From: Octopus vulgaris | Taxonomy: Eukaryota | Length of the DNA: 64,000 nucleotides | Assembly: GCA_951406725.2 (NCBI GenBank) | Contig: OX597826.1 | Location: forward strand, 65,658,001 to 65,722,000 | Direction: 5' to 3' | Part shown: in pieces, positions 13,970 through 29,439 of the stretch | Numbering within the stretch: the stretch's first letter is position 1 | How the letters are laid out: every line of letters starts with the position of its first letter | Notes under the pieces: generated by a model | What the model saw: the letters and a program-made list of their open reading frames with translations, nothing else | The model's database searches: none | What the model was told of the DNA's origin: nothing | Program-made: the position numbers and the translations under genes

Positions 13970-14429
13970 TAGACAGAGACAGAAACAGAGAAAGAGAGAG
14001 AGAGAGAAAGAGAGAGACATCGAAGGAGAGAGAGAGAGAGAGAGACAGATAGACAGAGACAGAGACAGAGAGAGAAAGTGAAAGAGAAAGGGAGAGAAAA
14101 TGAGACAGACATAGAGACAGAGGGAGAGACAGACAGAGAAAGAGAGAGAGAGAGAGAGAATGGTGTCTGGGAGAATGTTCCATCAACTTAGACGGTCGGT
14201 AATATAGATATTGTTATAAAAGCATTAGGAGCAACCAACAGCTAGACCTGCTATAAATAGCAGCCAAATTTCCCTTAAACCACACTTTATAGTTTTAGGA
14301 AAGAGGAGATTAAATAATATGATCCTTGATTCCTTGTAACTACAACCCCCCCCCCAGGACCACAACCCCCCCACCAAAAAAGACTCTCTGACCACAATTG
14401 GACTATATATCTGTTGACTTAGGACAATA

Positions 14430-14482
14430 GTATCATCATCATCGTCATCACCATCATCACCACCACCATCATCACCATCACC

Positions 14483-14516
<34 letters not shown>

Positions 14517-14554
14517 TCATCACCACCACCACCACCACCACCACCACCACCACC

Positions 14555-14609
<55 letters not shown>

Positions 14610-14755
14610 CCATCACCACCACCACCACCACCACCACCACCACCACCATCATCAGCATCGTCGTCGTCGTCGTCATCGTTATGGTCAAAGTAGTCGTTGT
14701 CGTTATCGTCATCTTCATCATCATCATCATCATCAATAACAACAACAACAACAAT
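14430..14755. repeat. Compound trinucleotide repeat (CAT/CAC/CGT/AAC)n
   Basis: Direct reading; similar tracts at 27920-28030, 28558-28640, 35745-36015, 39310-39740, 40586-41010 and 44545-45180. Confidence 0.95.
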
Positions 14756-15157
14756 AAGATTAATCATAACAACAAGCAGTCAATTCATTAATTATCCTTG
14801 TCTTTTGAAATAGTTTAATACATTCGTTAATGAGGAGTCTGAGAAGCCAGCCACAAATAACATAGAATTCTTTATAGGAGATTTTAAAAAAAGATAACAA
14901 TAACAATTAGTATAAGTATCATACTATTAATAGATTAGATTAGCGAAGATCTTTACACAGAGGGGTTGTTCGAGCGCTCGTGTGTATGTGTGTGTGTTGT
15001 GTATTAATTAATGTGTGTATGTATGTATGTATCAATGAATGAATGAATGAATGAATGAATGAATGATGAATGAATGTATGTATATAAATATATACATATA
15101 TGTGTGTGTGTGTGTTTGAGAGTGTGTGTATCTGAATATATATTTGTGTATGAATGC

Positions 15158-15216
<59 letters not shown>

Positions 15217-15217
<1 letters not shown>

Positions 15218-15532
15218 TAGCAGTATCGCCCGGCGTTGCTCGGGTTTGTAGGGAAATAACTATATAAGCATTTTTAGAGAGTTACTTCCCTTATATAACC
15301 CGAGGAAAAACATCATTAAAAATGCGGAAAAATGATGGTAAATGTTTTTTTTAATCGTAGACTCATCGTAGACGCGCGCTAATACCCAGAAGGGCTCGAT
15401 ATGAATCACGACTATAAGATACCCGCTTTTGGTTAAACTGCACCGCAAAATGTGGGAGTAGTTAGGAATATAAATCGGAGTAGACAGACAGACACACACA
15501 TACACACACAACTTTAGTTTTATATATAAAGA
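15217..15532 (-). mobile_element. Non-autonomous Helitron-like element
   Basis: On the minus strand it starts TC and ends CTAG, with the subterminal hairpin CCCGAGCAACGCCGGG; inserted in (TA)n; homologous to 59222-59737. Confidence 0.75.
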
Positions 15533-15738
15533 TATATATATATATATATGGTTCTCATTTTGTAAAATAAATAAATAAGTCAACATTCTAATATCCTAAA
15601 GCTGATAAACCAACTAAATTATTTCCCCATTTTCTTATTTGTATTATATATATATATATATATATATAATGATATGTAAAAAAATACAAACTGTGACAAG
15701 AACGCATAACACTAGAAGACGATACAACAAACACAGAC

Positions 15739-16145
<407 letters not shown>

Positions 16146-16206
16146 TATGTATATATATTTCCATCTTTGAAATTCTTTTCTCTAATGTCTAAAAATATAA
16201 GATCTC

Positions 16207-16297
16207 TTCCCTGAAGAAGGAGGCTCGTCTCATCCTACCATGGAATCAATCTACAAACATTAATGGACCACCGAACCCCCAGAAACAACTGTTGGAT
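16207..16297 (+). ncRNA. Decayed minimal hammerhead motif (probable PLE pLTR relic)
   Basis: CTGAAGA at 16211; stem II GGAGGCTCG/CGAACCCCC; GAAA-CAACTG-TT, near-palindromic like the ACAGCTGT of other copies. Confidence 0.5.
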
Positions 16298-16529
16298 TTG
16301 TAATATTGTTCCTCATTCCCTTTAATTCTCTATATCCTTTGCATTCAGTGTAAGTAGGACCTTTTTATATGTATACATATAAACATTCTTTGTATTTCAT
16401 ATATTTAATATACTTTATATATTGATCTAACTTGCTTTCCATACATTTGCTTCTGTACCTCTTCAAGTTTAAATCTCTTGAGCACTGCAAAGTGTATTTT
16501 ATACGGAGAATATCTGATTCTTATCTATG

Positions 16530-16975
<446 letters not shown>

Positions 16976-17132
16976 GCTGGAGGAGATGTCTTTCTGGGTT
17001 TATAAACGTCAGTAGCATTGTCCCGTATAGCACGCCATATATATATATATACACATAAATACATACATGCATACATACATGCATACATACATACATACAT
17101 ACATACATACATACATACATACATACATACAT

Positions 17133-17167
<35 letters not shown>

Positions 17168-17234
17168 CACACACACACAGACAGACACACAGACAGACAG
17201 ACAAGCATTCATTGCATACACTAAGAAATTCATG

Positions 17235-17267
<33 letters not shown>

Positions 17268-17305
17268 CTATATATGTATGTATATGTATTTATATATATA
17301 TTTCT

Positions 17306-17782
17306 TTTCTACTGTAGGCACAAGGCCCGAAATTTTGGGTGAGGGGGCCAGCCGATTACATCGACCCCAGTACGCAACTGGTACTTAATTTACCGACCCC
17401 GAAAGGCTGAAAGGCAAAGTCGAGTGGCTGTGTGATAAGAAGCTTGCTTCCCAACCGCATGGTTCCGGGTTCAGTCCCACTGCATGCCACCTTGGGCAAG
17501 TGTCTTCTCCTACAGCCTCGAGCCGACGAAATCCTGAGTGGATTTAGTTGACGGAAACTAAAAGAAGTCTGACGTATATACATGTATATATGTCTATATG
17601 TGTGTGTCAGTGTTTGTCTCCCACCACGTCACCACTTGGCAATCAGTGTTGGTGTATTTATGTACCCATAATTTAGCCATTCGGCAAAAGAGACCGATAT
17701 AATATGTACCAGGCTTAAAAAATAAGTATTGGGGTTGATTTATTCGACTAAAAGTTCAAGGCCGTGCCCCAGCATGGCCGCT
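17306..17782. mobile_element. Truncated SINE A (minus, 17306-17423) abutting SINE C (plus, 17424-17782)
   Basis: Family A core is followed directly by the GTGGCTGTGTGATAAG head of family C. Confidence 0.8.
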
Positions 17783-18269
17783 TCATTTTTTGTAAATCAC
17801 TCATTCTCATTTAATTGTATGTATTTTAATTGTTTGTTTATTCATACGTTTCGTCTCATTCGACACCCTGTCCTCGTATCGTCCCCTCTTTTTCTCAACC
17901 TCATGGTTAATAAAGAAATTGACTGTTCATTACTTTTGTGTCGTCAGCTGTTGTCCACCGTTTCTTTTAGCCAACCTCCTTCGGTGTCTGTCGACACCAT
18001 AGAGATGCTCTACAGCATCCTAAAGCTTTCTGGGAAGACGTCGAGGTGCGCCGAATTTATACTGACGAATTGGCTCAGAAGGAAGCGTGCCGAAAGATGA
18101 AATCGTCGCTGGAGTCTATTCCGTATAAAGTTGTGATTGGTCAGATTTTGTTGATCACGTGGACAATATTCTAGCGAATCACGACATCAGGTGTCCACTA
18201 GACAAACACACACACGCACTTACGTACGCGCGCACACAGACACACACACACCCTACCATCTCATTTATA

Positions 18270-18339
<70 letters not shown>

Positions 18340-18340
<1 letters not shown>

Positions 18341-18566
18341 TCTTTTACTTGTTTCAGTCATTTGATTGCGGTCATGCTGGAGCACCGCCTTTAGTCGAGG
18401 AAATCGACCCCGGGACTTATTCTTTGTAAGCCCAGTACTTATTCTATCGGTCTCTTTTGCCGAACCGCTAAGTGACGGGGACGTAAACACACCAGCATCG
18501 GTTGTCAAGCAATGCTAGAGGGACAAACACAGACACACAAACATATACACACACATACATACATAC

Positions 18567-18661
<95 letters not shown>

Positions 18662-18827
18662 TACGACAGGCTTCTCTCAGTTTCCGTCTACCAAATCCAC
18701 TCACAAGGCTTTGGTCGGCCCGGGGCTATAGCAGATGACACTTGCCCAAGATGCCACGCAGTGGGACTGAACCCGGAACCATGTGGTTGGTAAGCAAGCT
18801 ACTTACCACACAGTCACTCCTGCGCCT
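18340..18827 (-). mobile_element. SINE family C, full length
   Basis: Complete reverse-complement match to 5240-5630, with an expanded internal (TA)n. Confidence 0.9.
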
Positions 18828-18873
18828 ATACATATACATGTTATATGCATGAATTTCTTAGTGTATGCAATGA

Positions 18874-19095
<222 letters not shown>

Positions 19096-20291
19096 TAAGA
19101 CTATTATTAGGAATCGAGCATGTCTTGATAACATGTTCCATTCGTTCACTAAATGTTTTCGGCGCCTATGTAGTTATGGGCGCAAATTGACACCCTCTCG
19201 GCTTTCCCACCCTTGAACCGGTGGAACAACGAAGATATGACAGCTGGGGAGAAGATTGCCCTAGCACTCAGCTGCTAATGAGTACCAGCTGCGTGCTAGG
19301 ACAGTCCTGGCTAGACTGGAGTAATCTGCAAATGAAAAGCCGCGCAGAACATAAGGCAACGCTGGGTCCTAGGATCGAACTCGTGCATGACCTCATAATC
19401 GTTATTCCAAACCTAACCACTGGCTGTGCACATTCAAATACGACCTCATTCAAAAGCAGAATACGATATGGAACAAAGACACTTGTACACACACACACAC
19501 ACACACGTTTAGACACATCCACTCATTAACACATGTGCATATACGCATACAGATATACGTGCCATGTAAATACGCACTTAGATAAGCGCATACAGCGATA
19601 ACAGCAACCGAATAATATAATTTACTTGGGGTTTGTATATCGTTTTTTTCTGTTTCCTTGTACTTGTTAGTGTGTACACATGCAAGCGGCAATGTGCTTG
19701 CGCGTGAGCATACAGGGATGAATACATACTTTAGACACGTATGTATGTATAAATATATGTATGTATGTATGTAGTACATTTATACTAACATATAAACGTC
19801 CTGATGAGCACTCGTGCACAACACATTCTCAACATACACACACCGACATATATTCATACGCCCATACACATATATTCAATATTTTCGAACATACATATAA
19901 ATGTATATGCATGCATAGAAATACACACACGCACATACACACATACATACATACATACATACATACATACATACATACATACATACATACATACATACAT
20001 TCGTACGCACATACACATATACATACATATTTATGTACATACATATATGCATGCATGCGTACATACATACGTACATTCGTACGTACACATATACATACAT
20101 ATTTATGTACATATATACATATATGCATGCATGCGTACATACATACATACATTCGTACGTACACATATACATACATGCATACATACATACATTCGTACGT
20201 ACGCACACATATACATACATATTTATGTACATACATACATATATGCATGCATGCATGCATGCATACACACATACATAGATACATAGATACA

Positions 20292-20324
<33 letters not shown>

Positions 20325-20359
20325 GCATGCATGCATACATACATACATACATACATACA

Positions 20360-20390
<31 letters not shown>

Positions 20391-20559
20391 GTACGTACGT
20401 ACACGTGCATACGTCCTTTTAAATCACTCTTTCATCTCACATTTTTTAATGATACCAAGATAGAGAAACAAACTTAAACAACACATCAGTGTTTATATCT
20501 TTCAAAATATTACTATCATCGTTTATGTCACAGAATGTAATTATACAAGATGTACTGGG

Positions 20560-21640
20560 CTACAGCTGTTCCTATCAGACTGTGCTATGTTCTACAGAAT
20601 TTCAACAAATTACCCTACTTTTTATGTATCTGTCAGTCTCTTTATCTCTCTGTCGACATGATGTTGACTCCCGTTGCTCTCATAAACTGTGCCGTCGAAT
20701 AAAAATTCTCAACGCAGAAGCTAATTCTCTTATGTTTGTTTGTCAATCTATCTCTCCCTAAATGTAAGCTGTAGGCTCCTTCAGTTCCAGCAACACACAA
20801 CCTTGCTCTCTTGTATCTGTCAATCAGTCTCTCTGTCTAGCTACGTACAGATTTAGACTCCACCACTTTCATCAAACTGCGTTATGGTGTACAGACGACC
20901 AACACCCCCGCATTATTTTTCAACGTGCATGTGTCTGGAAGGCTGTCTCTCTATATCATGTGATCACGTGACCGATCAGAATATCAAATGTTGTTACACA
21001 TTGCGGGTCACGATGTTCTTTCGCATTGTTTTAGCATTCAAATAACGCCATCCGCTAGCTAGGCGAGCAGGCTAACAACGCCTCTTAATCGAAAGGGGAC
21101 TGGAGCAACGTTAAATGAAGTGCTTCACTCAAGAACACAACGCGCCGCCCAGTCAAGGAATCGAAACCACGATCTAGCAATCGTGCATGCAACAGCCTGA
21201 CCATTAGGCTACGCCTCATTCCAGCCTCTCTCAGTACACAACACGTAAACTCCACTGCTTTCATCAAACAATGGTGTAGTTTACAGACCATTAATCAGCA
21301 AACCCCCTTCTCTCCTATGTTTGTCTGTCTCTAAGTTTATACATATGTTGACTTCATGTTTTCATCGAACAGTTACAAACTCTCACCACATCAGCTTACT
21401 CTCCTACGTCTCTCTCTCTCTTTCTCTGTTTCGATGTCTGTCGATGTACAGATTTATATTTCATTCGTCTCATCAAACTGAACTAAAATCCACAAACCCT
21501 AAACACCAGCTTATTCTCCTATTTCTGCCTGTCTGCCCTTTTCTTTCAATGTCCAGATATAGACTTTGTCTGCTCAAATCAAACTATAGTGTGGCAGCCT
21601 ATAGATTCTCTCTCTCTCGTTTTCACTACTTGTCTTCCTC
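20560..21640. repeat. Diverged ~100-120 bp tandem array interrupted by a SINE (20955-21215, B-type tail on a D-type core)
   Basis: Recurring TCTCTCTGTC..ACAGAT.TAGACT...TTTCATCAAAC motif, about 6 times. Confidence 0.55.
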
Positions 21641-21699
21641 CCCTATTCTAAAAAATGGATGAACCAGTAATGAAACTACTATGAAAATTATTATCTTGA

Positions 21700-24000
21700 A
21701 ATTATTATTTATTTTATATATTAGAACTTAACAATTATTTTGAAAACTTACGCAATGTTGATTTTATGCTGCTGACATTTCGTAGAACATTAATAAATTG
21801 CTTATATTCATGTCGCTTTTGGAATTCTGCAGAACGATGTTGCACAGCATGAAACATTATTTTTAGAGCTTCTTGCACTTGAGAACTGGTTGGAGGATAT
21901 AATGAAATTATTTCTGGATTTGGCTCACTCTCTTCTAATTCAGAGTCCACACCAATAACAGCTTGACATATTTCCTATATGAAGCTTCTACTTCTTGTTT
22001 CTCAAAAAAACAAAACAAAAAATAAACAAACATTTTTTGTGTATCATCCAAGGGTTCTATCGGGAATTTAATTTGAAATAAGGTTCATTTCTATGTTGAG
22101 TGGAGTTTCTGTGTTTGTTTTAGAAAAAAAAATTAATGATTACCTCTGAGACCTGATTTCATGACATTGCTGACATATTCAATGCATCAAGTGGGAAGCC
22201 CACTTCGTAACTGCATTTGCGTCAGATTGGGTTTGAATATCATTAAGACTGCTTAAAATTGTTGCACAAATTTCATTTCGATAAATAGTCTTTAAAGCTC
22301 GTATAGTCGAATTTGATCACATGGTCGAATTATTGATGATATTTGAGAGCTAGAAACTTACCTCAGATTAGATCAGGTCAGATATGGGAGCAAGCGTCGT
22401 TGCAGCGCGTCGGTGCATCCACCATTTGTCGGTATTTACTCGAGTCATCCCGGGAAACCCTTCAAGCTGAGTCCCGGTCATTCATCATCTCTGCGAGATA
22501 TTTCCTCATCTGCCGTGACCATAAGGCATGTGACCGACCAATACGAGTCGTCGTCTCAGAGAAGAAAACACGATACGCCGGATCCAACTCGGAATACTGA
22601 GCAACATGACTAAACAGTCTAAGCTGACGCATCTCAATCAAACAACTAACGGGAAGCATTCCAGTTTCTGGGATGTGTCCTGTTACTTACGTAGATACAT
22701 TGGTCTCAATACGAAATACAGAGCATTGGTCCCGTTACATTGATCTGGATACGAAATTCGACCAATAATGCTGCGAAGCGTCCTTGTACCAAGGGGTTCA
22801 GGTGGTTTTAAAAGACTCCGGATAGCATCCAAGTCTTACAACTATAGAGTAAAACAGGGAGGGCTAGAAACCCGAAGACCTGAACCATTGTCCTCCTGCT
22901 CAGATATTGGCGACGTCACACACACTCTTATCCAATGAGACTCCAACTAAACCAGCACGTCCAAGTATGTTGAAGATTTACGACTCGCAGCTAATGCTGC
23001 AAAGGATCACACTGTCAAGATAGTGAAGCGGTGAACAACTTCGACATTCTTACCTACAACAGCGACAAAAAAAGATGGAGTCACCCAGGAAGCCAATGAA
23101 AAACTGGATCTTTGTCTTGACGTATGAAAGTCTAAGAGCAAGCGGTTCTGATTCCTTATTTAGTGAAAGAGAGCACTCCTTAAGTCGTCCAGATACTCAG
23201 CTGAGTCTCTGGAAACTTTGATATTCTTCATTGACAAATTATTTCTGAATGGAACAATTATCAACAGATAAGACTATTCTTTGTTTTAATGCCAAATCTT
23301 ACTTACTGTTAAAAACAGTAATCTTCGACACCATTAAAAAGCCGAGTGTTTTTATTTTTCCCATTAACAAGAAACATTCGTTTCTGTCCCTTTGTATTTA
23401 TTCATCAAAGAACTGTCACTCATACATTTGAAAATTCAAATTCTTTGGCGTTTTCATTTTCAACAATGTCTGCGTTGCAAATATTCACAGATGAGTATTC
23501 AGCAATAATTGAGGGCCATTCTATCTTAACCAACACTTTAGCTGATGAAAAAAAAGAAACCCTTTTCTTCGCCATTTGAACACAATACTTTTGAACACAA
23601 CATTTTCACACCCTTTTCACTTCTTAAACCTTCAGTTTGTTGTGAAACTTTTTTGCTTGCGTGATTCTTTTTCAAACTCTTTTGTTTTGTGACGCATCAG
23701 TGGTTCATTAATTGAAAGATTATTTGTACAAAATCTGTCAAACTAAATATTCAGTATTCACTTAATATGACTTTCTTTACCAAGTCTTTTCCTAGATCGT
23801 ATTTTGCGACCTATGTTCTCATTAGAAGATGCTGACTGTTTTCAAAATCTTATACAAAAGCGACTCTGTGAAATGTTTAAATGTACAGCAGCACTGTTCT
23901 GATTCATTCAAGCACTTTACCAGAGCAGTAAAATATTTTTATTTTTATTTTTGAGGAAACAAATCTTCACATCTCTTATCTACTTCTTTCATCGCAATGA
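21700..24000 (-). mobile_element. Fossil Tigger/pogo transposase (CENP-B-like HTH + DDE_1), split by an RTE insertion
   Basis: Minus-strand peptides across frameshifts: MNQNSAAVHLNISQS, INEPLMRHKTKEF, YSSVNICNAD, VTVL..NTKGQK..LVNGKNKN.R.FNGV, IVLSVDNC, QLDHVI..FKDY, DALNM, and the C-terminal ORF 21735-21950. Confidence 0.7.
22375..23220 (-). mobile_element. 5'-truncated RTE-clade LINE relic
   Basis: C-terminal LRLFSHVAQYSELDPAYRV...VDAPTRC; upstream remnants of the FTYLG and LLYSC.TW RTE motifs. Confidence 0.75.
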
Positions 24001-24273
24001 AGGGTGTTTAAAACTCGTCTGAAACCATGTTTAATCAATAAAAAAACCCTCAGTTTAAATAAACTTGAAAATCTTAATTTCATCATTTGGCTCTCTCACA
24101 AATTCCACAAGATAAACAAAAACCACAACTGAAATTCTTCTTCCCAGTCATTGCCAACCTTAAACGAGATTGATTAAGTAGAATGGTGCGGCTTCATAAA
24201 ATGAGTGATGAATAAGTTTACATGAAATTTTGACAAGACCGACCAACTTAACATGCTAATATTACCGGTCGTA

Positions 24274-24735
24274 AAGGCGACGAGATGGCAGAATCATTAG
24301 CACGACTTGAAAAGTGCTTAGCGGCATTTCGTCCGTCTTTACGTTCTGAGATCAACTCTGCTTTTTATCGACTTTGCCTTTTATCCTTTCGGGGATTGAT
24401 AATATAAGTACCAGCTGAGTGAGTACTGGGACCGATGTAATCGACTTACCCCCTCTCCCGGAATTCCTGGCCTTGTACCTCAATTTAAAATCTATATTAC
24501 CGGTCACAAGAAGTCGACAAGCAAATGGCAGAGTCGTTAGCGTGCCAGGCAAAATGCTTAGCGGTATTTCCTTCGTCGTTACGACCTGAGTGCAAATGCC
24601 GCCGAGGTCGACTTTACCTTTCGTCCTTTCGGGGCCGATGAAATAAATAAGAACTAGTGGAGTACTAGGAGCTGATGTAATCGACTTACCCGCTTCCCTG
24701 AAATTGCTGGCCTTATGCCAAAATTTGAAAACAAT
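24274..24735 (+). mobile_element. Two tandem SINE family A copies
   Basis: Heads at ~24275 and ~24522, each followed by the core and a CCAAAATTTGAAA-type tail. Confidence 0.8.
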
Positions 24736-26749
24736 ATTAGCGGTCTCAAAGACTAATTTAACACATCAGTACTTCACTAACAGTACCAACATAAGACTCT
24801 CCCCCACCATCATTACAACAACAAAACAACAACAACGACAACAACCATTGCTATACATCTACCACATCTCCATAGCTGAGGCACTTGTTGATTCGATCTT
24901 TGTCTTAATTATAGGCCATATATTAATAGCAAGGATTGTACAATGGGTTAGTTGATAATTTTGATAGCAATGTCCGACGATTTGTTTCTAATATGCAAAT
25001 CATTATCAATTTCTTATAAAGTATTTGAGACCCATAAATTTTGATAGCAATAACAGTCTAACACTTTTTGTGATTATAAGCCGCATCTACTATATATGCA
25101 TATATATATATATACACGTATACATATACATGCGCGCGGGGACACACACACACACTCTTTCTCTCTCTCACACACACACATACATTAACACCCCCACACA
25201 CATATATATACTAGGCAAGCAACAAAGAATCTTGTGTAGCTCTGCGTCGGCAAGACTTGAGAAAATACATAGCAAAGTGCGCAAGGGTAGAGTGAACTAG
25301 CCGTGAGGAGTGGAATATCCAACGTTTCGGATGTAATCTTTCGCCAGGGAGTAGAAAAAAAAGAGAAATTGAAGAAAAACAGAGTTTACATCCTCTCAGC
25401 TTGAAAAACTTCTCGCTACAACTGATAATGTACGTAGAATATTAATTTAATTAACATAAGTTTAGCACCAGTGGTCTAGCATATTAAAATCTGAAAGTTC
25501 AGTAAATTGTATTATATACATATGAGAGGGATGACCACTATGTGGACAACCTTTATGCTAGAAGTAGATCCGCTATGGTCTTACCACTAAGAAATGTTCT
25601 CAAGAAAAATTTAGCAAACACAAGAACGTAAGCGAGCAAGACAGATGAAAAGTAACAAATACAGATTATTCACATACATGTTTCACTATTAACAGATTAC
25701 GTAATATTACTTGCGCAATTGTCCGTAGATCCTCAGTGTGACCGTCCATACAAATATAATTTGCAGAACTATATACTAGGATGTCTGCACGAGGTCAGAT
25801 TTGTATATAGTTCTACCTATTACACTTGCGATTATCTTTGTCTTTATGTTTAAGAGTATGTGTGCATGCGTGTATCTATGCATATACATACGTGTGAGTA
25901 GATTCATCATAGCCAAATTGTTAAATTCGCTTCGCAACCACAAAGTTCCACGACGTGACATCTTGAGCAAATTTCATACGCGTACCATAGCATCAGGTCG
26001 TTCTAAATTTTTCGAGTGAAATTTAGATGGAAAATGTTAGGAAGCCCATCGCATAGATTGCTGAATTGCACCTGTATATCAAAGACCCAGTTTTGTCACA
26101 CACTCTGTCACCCTGATTATGGCTGAACGTTACGTTAAGGGTACTTGTGTCTGTGGAATACCTGGCCATTTTGCATGCTAATTCAATGAGCAGCTACTTC
26201 AGTGCTTCGAACAAATGAATGCTCATCGTCGAAACAGACGAAGATTAATTTACAGATGCATAAATAGCATGTGCATGAATATATGCATACAAGAGTGTAT
26301 GTGTCTATGTATGTGCGTATGTATATGTGTATGCATGTGTGTATGTGTGTAGATGTATGTTTTCATGTATGTGTACATGTATGTGTGTATGTTTTTATGC
26401 ATGTGTATGTGTATATATATATATGCTTGTATATATGTGTATGTATGTATGTATTATGCATGTATGTATGTATGTATGTATGTATGTATGTATGTACGTA
26501 GTATGTATGTTTGTATGTGTGTACGTATTTTGTGTGTTGGTGTCGTTATCGAACGACTCTATGAGTGAAGGTGTTCCATAAATGACCATCCACCCTTTTT
26601 ATTCAAACACAGTGCTACTTGCGACTACCTTATCCAAAATGTGTGTCCTTGCTCTGAGCTGTTTAGCCTCCAGGTCAGTTTTGACCCAGTGGACCTATAG
26701 GCAAAGATGTACCATTCGTACCCACCACCATCACCACCACCTGCGCTAC

Positions 26750-26794
<45 letters not shown>

Positions 26795-27927
26795 CACGGC
26801 CGCCGCCACGGCCACCGCCACGGCCGCCGCCACTAAAGTCCCGTGATGTACTCCGGATATGGCACACACAGCGTGGTCATCGTTGATTAGTTGTTTTTTT
26901 CCCCCCACGTTTTCATTGTTGCCATAGATACGAGGTGTTGGCAACGGCAACGACGACGACGACGACGATGATGATGATGATGTGGATAATGATGGAATGC
27001 TCCAATTATATGCAATGATCCATTTATCATCATTGAGAAAATATAAATTGATCCATCAAATTGATTGGCTGCTTCTTTCTCTACGTGTATGCGTCAGAGT
27101 GTGTATGTGTGTGTATGCGTCAGAGTGTGTATGTGTGTGTATGTGTGTGTATGTGTATGTGTGTGTGTGTAGGTATATGTTCATATGAGTCTGTATGTAT
27201 ATGTATTTATATAAGAGCTTATTATATGTATATGTTGGTGTGTGTTTTTGTTTGTGTGTCCCGTATGCATATGTCTATGTATGTGTGTGTGTGTGTGTGT
27301 GTACGTGTGTGTGTGTGTGTGCGTACGTGTGTGTGTAGGTATATGGTGAAGTGAGTCTGTATGTGTATGCGTTTGTATAAGTGCATGTTTATATATGTAT
27401 GTTGGCATGTTTTTGAGAGATGTGGGTTTTTTTGTATTTTGTGTATGTGCGTGTGTGTGTGTGTCCGTGTGTGTGTGCGTGTGTGTGTATGCGAATGTTG
27501 GTGATGATGTGTATGTGTTTGTGTTAGTGTCTTTATGCGTATGAGCGCGTATCCACATTGGAATGAATTTGTGTGTGTGTGTATGTGTGTGTGCTGGTGT
27601 GTGTGAGTGTGTCTGTGTGCGTGTGTGTATGTTGGTGTGCGTGTTTGTTCGTGTACTTATTTTGTGTATGGGTTAATGTGTGTGTATGCATTAGAGTGTG
27701 TGAGTATTTGTATAGTATTTATGTGGTTGGGTGAGAGTTTTGTGAGTACAGTGAGAATTGAGGGTCACTCTGCTACTGAATGAAGGTGGTGGGTCACTCG
27801 GCTATTAAAGTGAGGGTGAAAGTCACACAACTATTTGCTGACCTTCCAGATTGTAATTATAGATCTCACACACACAGAATGGAATAAGGTAACGATAGCA
27901 ACAACTAGAACAACTTCGTTATCATCA

Positions 27928-28032
<105 letters not shown>

Positions 28033-28086
28033 CTATTGCTGTCGTGAAAAACAACGCCACTACAACCACAACCACTAACAACAAAG

Positions 28087-28280
28087 TGGAGGTGCAATGG
28101 CCCAGTAGTTAGGGCAGCGGACTCGCGGTCGTAAGAACGCGGTTTCGATTCAGACCGGGCATTGTGAGTGTTTATTGAGCAAAAGAAACCTAAGCTCCAC
28201 GAGGCTCCAGCGGGAGTGGGGGTGAACCCCGCTATACTCTATCACCACAACTTTCTCTCACTCTTACTGCCTACTTCTGC
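28087..28280 (+). mobile_element. 3'-truncated SINE family B
   Basis: GTGGAGGTGCAATGGCCCAGTAGTTAGGG head and body. Confidence 0.8.
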
Positions 28281-28928
28281 CACAAAGCAAGGAACCGAGT
28301 GTCCACTATGGTGTGGTAAACTTTCAGACCCTAGTCTAGATTGCAAATCCTCTGTATCCCAGGATGGTTCAGCTCTCCACCCGTTAAAAGCCACCGTTTA
28401 CGGAATGAGGATAACAGCGTAGCTTTCGCGGCCGTGCAACCGCCAGTCTATCGCGTGTGGTGGGTGGATCTTCAAGTTGCCACACGCATTCTTTGTAGCT
28501 TAGAATAGGCTCAAATTAGAGATTATTCTTTGTGGTTAATGGCGTGAATCCTGATTGGAAGAAGAAGAAGAAGAAGAAGAAGAAGAAGAAGAAGAAGAAG
28601 AAGAAGAAGAAGAAGAAGAAGAAGAAGAAGAAGACGACGACAACAACATAACCGCAACAACTACAAGAGCAGCAGCAGCTACAACAACAACTACAACAAT
28701 AGTAATAATAATAGTAGATTCAAATTTTGGCACAGGTTTCGAGGAGAAGTAAGTCGATTAAATCGACCCCAGAGCTTTACTTGTAATTCATTTTATCGAC
28801 TACGAAAAGATGAAACGTAAAATCGAATTCGGCGGAGTTTGAACTCAGAACAAAAAAAGTCGGAAGAAATACTGCTGAGCAGAAAGAAATAGTAAACAAA
28901 AACACGTGTAGTATTCAAATCATTATAG

Positions 28929-29015
28929 GACATACACACGTTTCAGTAAAACGTCGAAATAATTACATAATAAGTAAAGACATTATATAATCATGCATTC
29001 TGCTTCATCAGTGTC
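28929..29015 (-). ncRNA. Minimal hammerhead motif with long loop II
   Basis: Minus strand reads GACA-CUGAUGA-AGCAGAAUG..CGUUUUACU-GAAA-CGUGUG-UA^UGUC; stem I is GACA/UGUC. Confidence 0.6.
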
Positions 29016-29439
29016 TTGTCGCAATCTCTGTAGAAAAATATCACATGGAGGGAGAATATTCTTTATCACTCAAAATCATGCAATATAACGGTAGTTTTAT
29101 TCAGTTGTCCGAGCGTACCAAATTTAGCAACCCGTGGGTACTCCAGCTGGCTGTCTGTCTGAAGAGCAGGGCAGCATACTATAACTATCATGGAATCTCC
29201 AAGTTGTGGTAACCAACAGACAGGATGGGGGTACGGTTTTAAAAAAGCAGTGGGTAGAAGGAAAATGGTAGGTGTGAGTGAGGGATAGACAGGAGAGAAG
29301 ATGAAATGAACATTAAGGTATTTTGATCTTTTTCACCTATTTATTTTAATATTAAAGGACATTTGAACGACCAAGTGAATGTATAAGTGTGTGTATGTCT
29401 ATGTGTACATACATATATATGCATATGGCTATATATATA

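Noticed and set aside
13323-14767. Long LS-, D/G- and M/V-rich ORFs (and similar IY, CV and YLSI ORFs window-wide)
   Set aside because: They are pure di-, tri- and tetranucleotide microsatellite frames that lack stops by composition.
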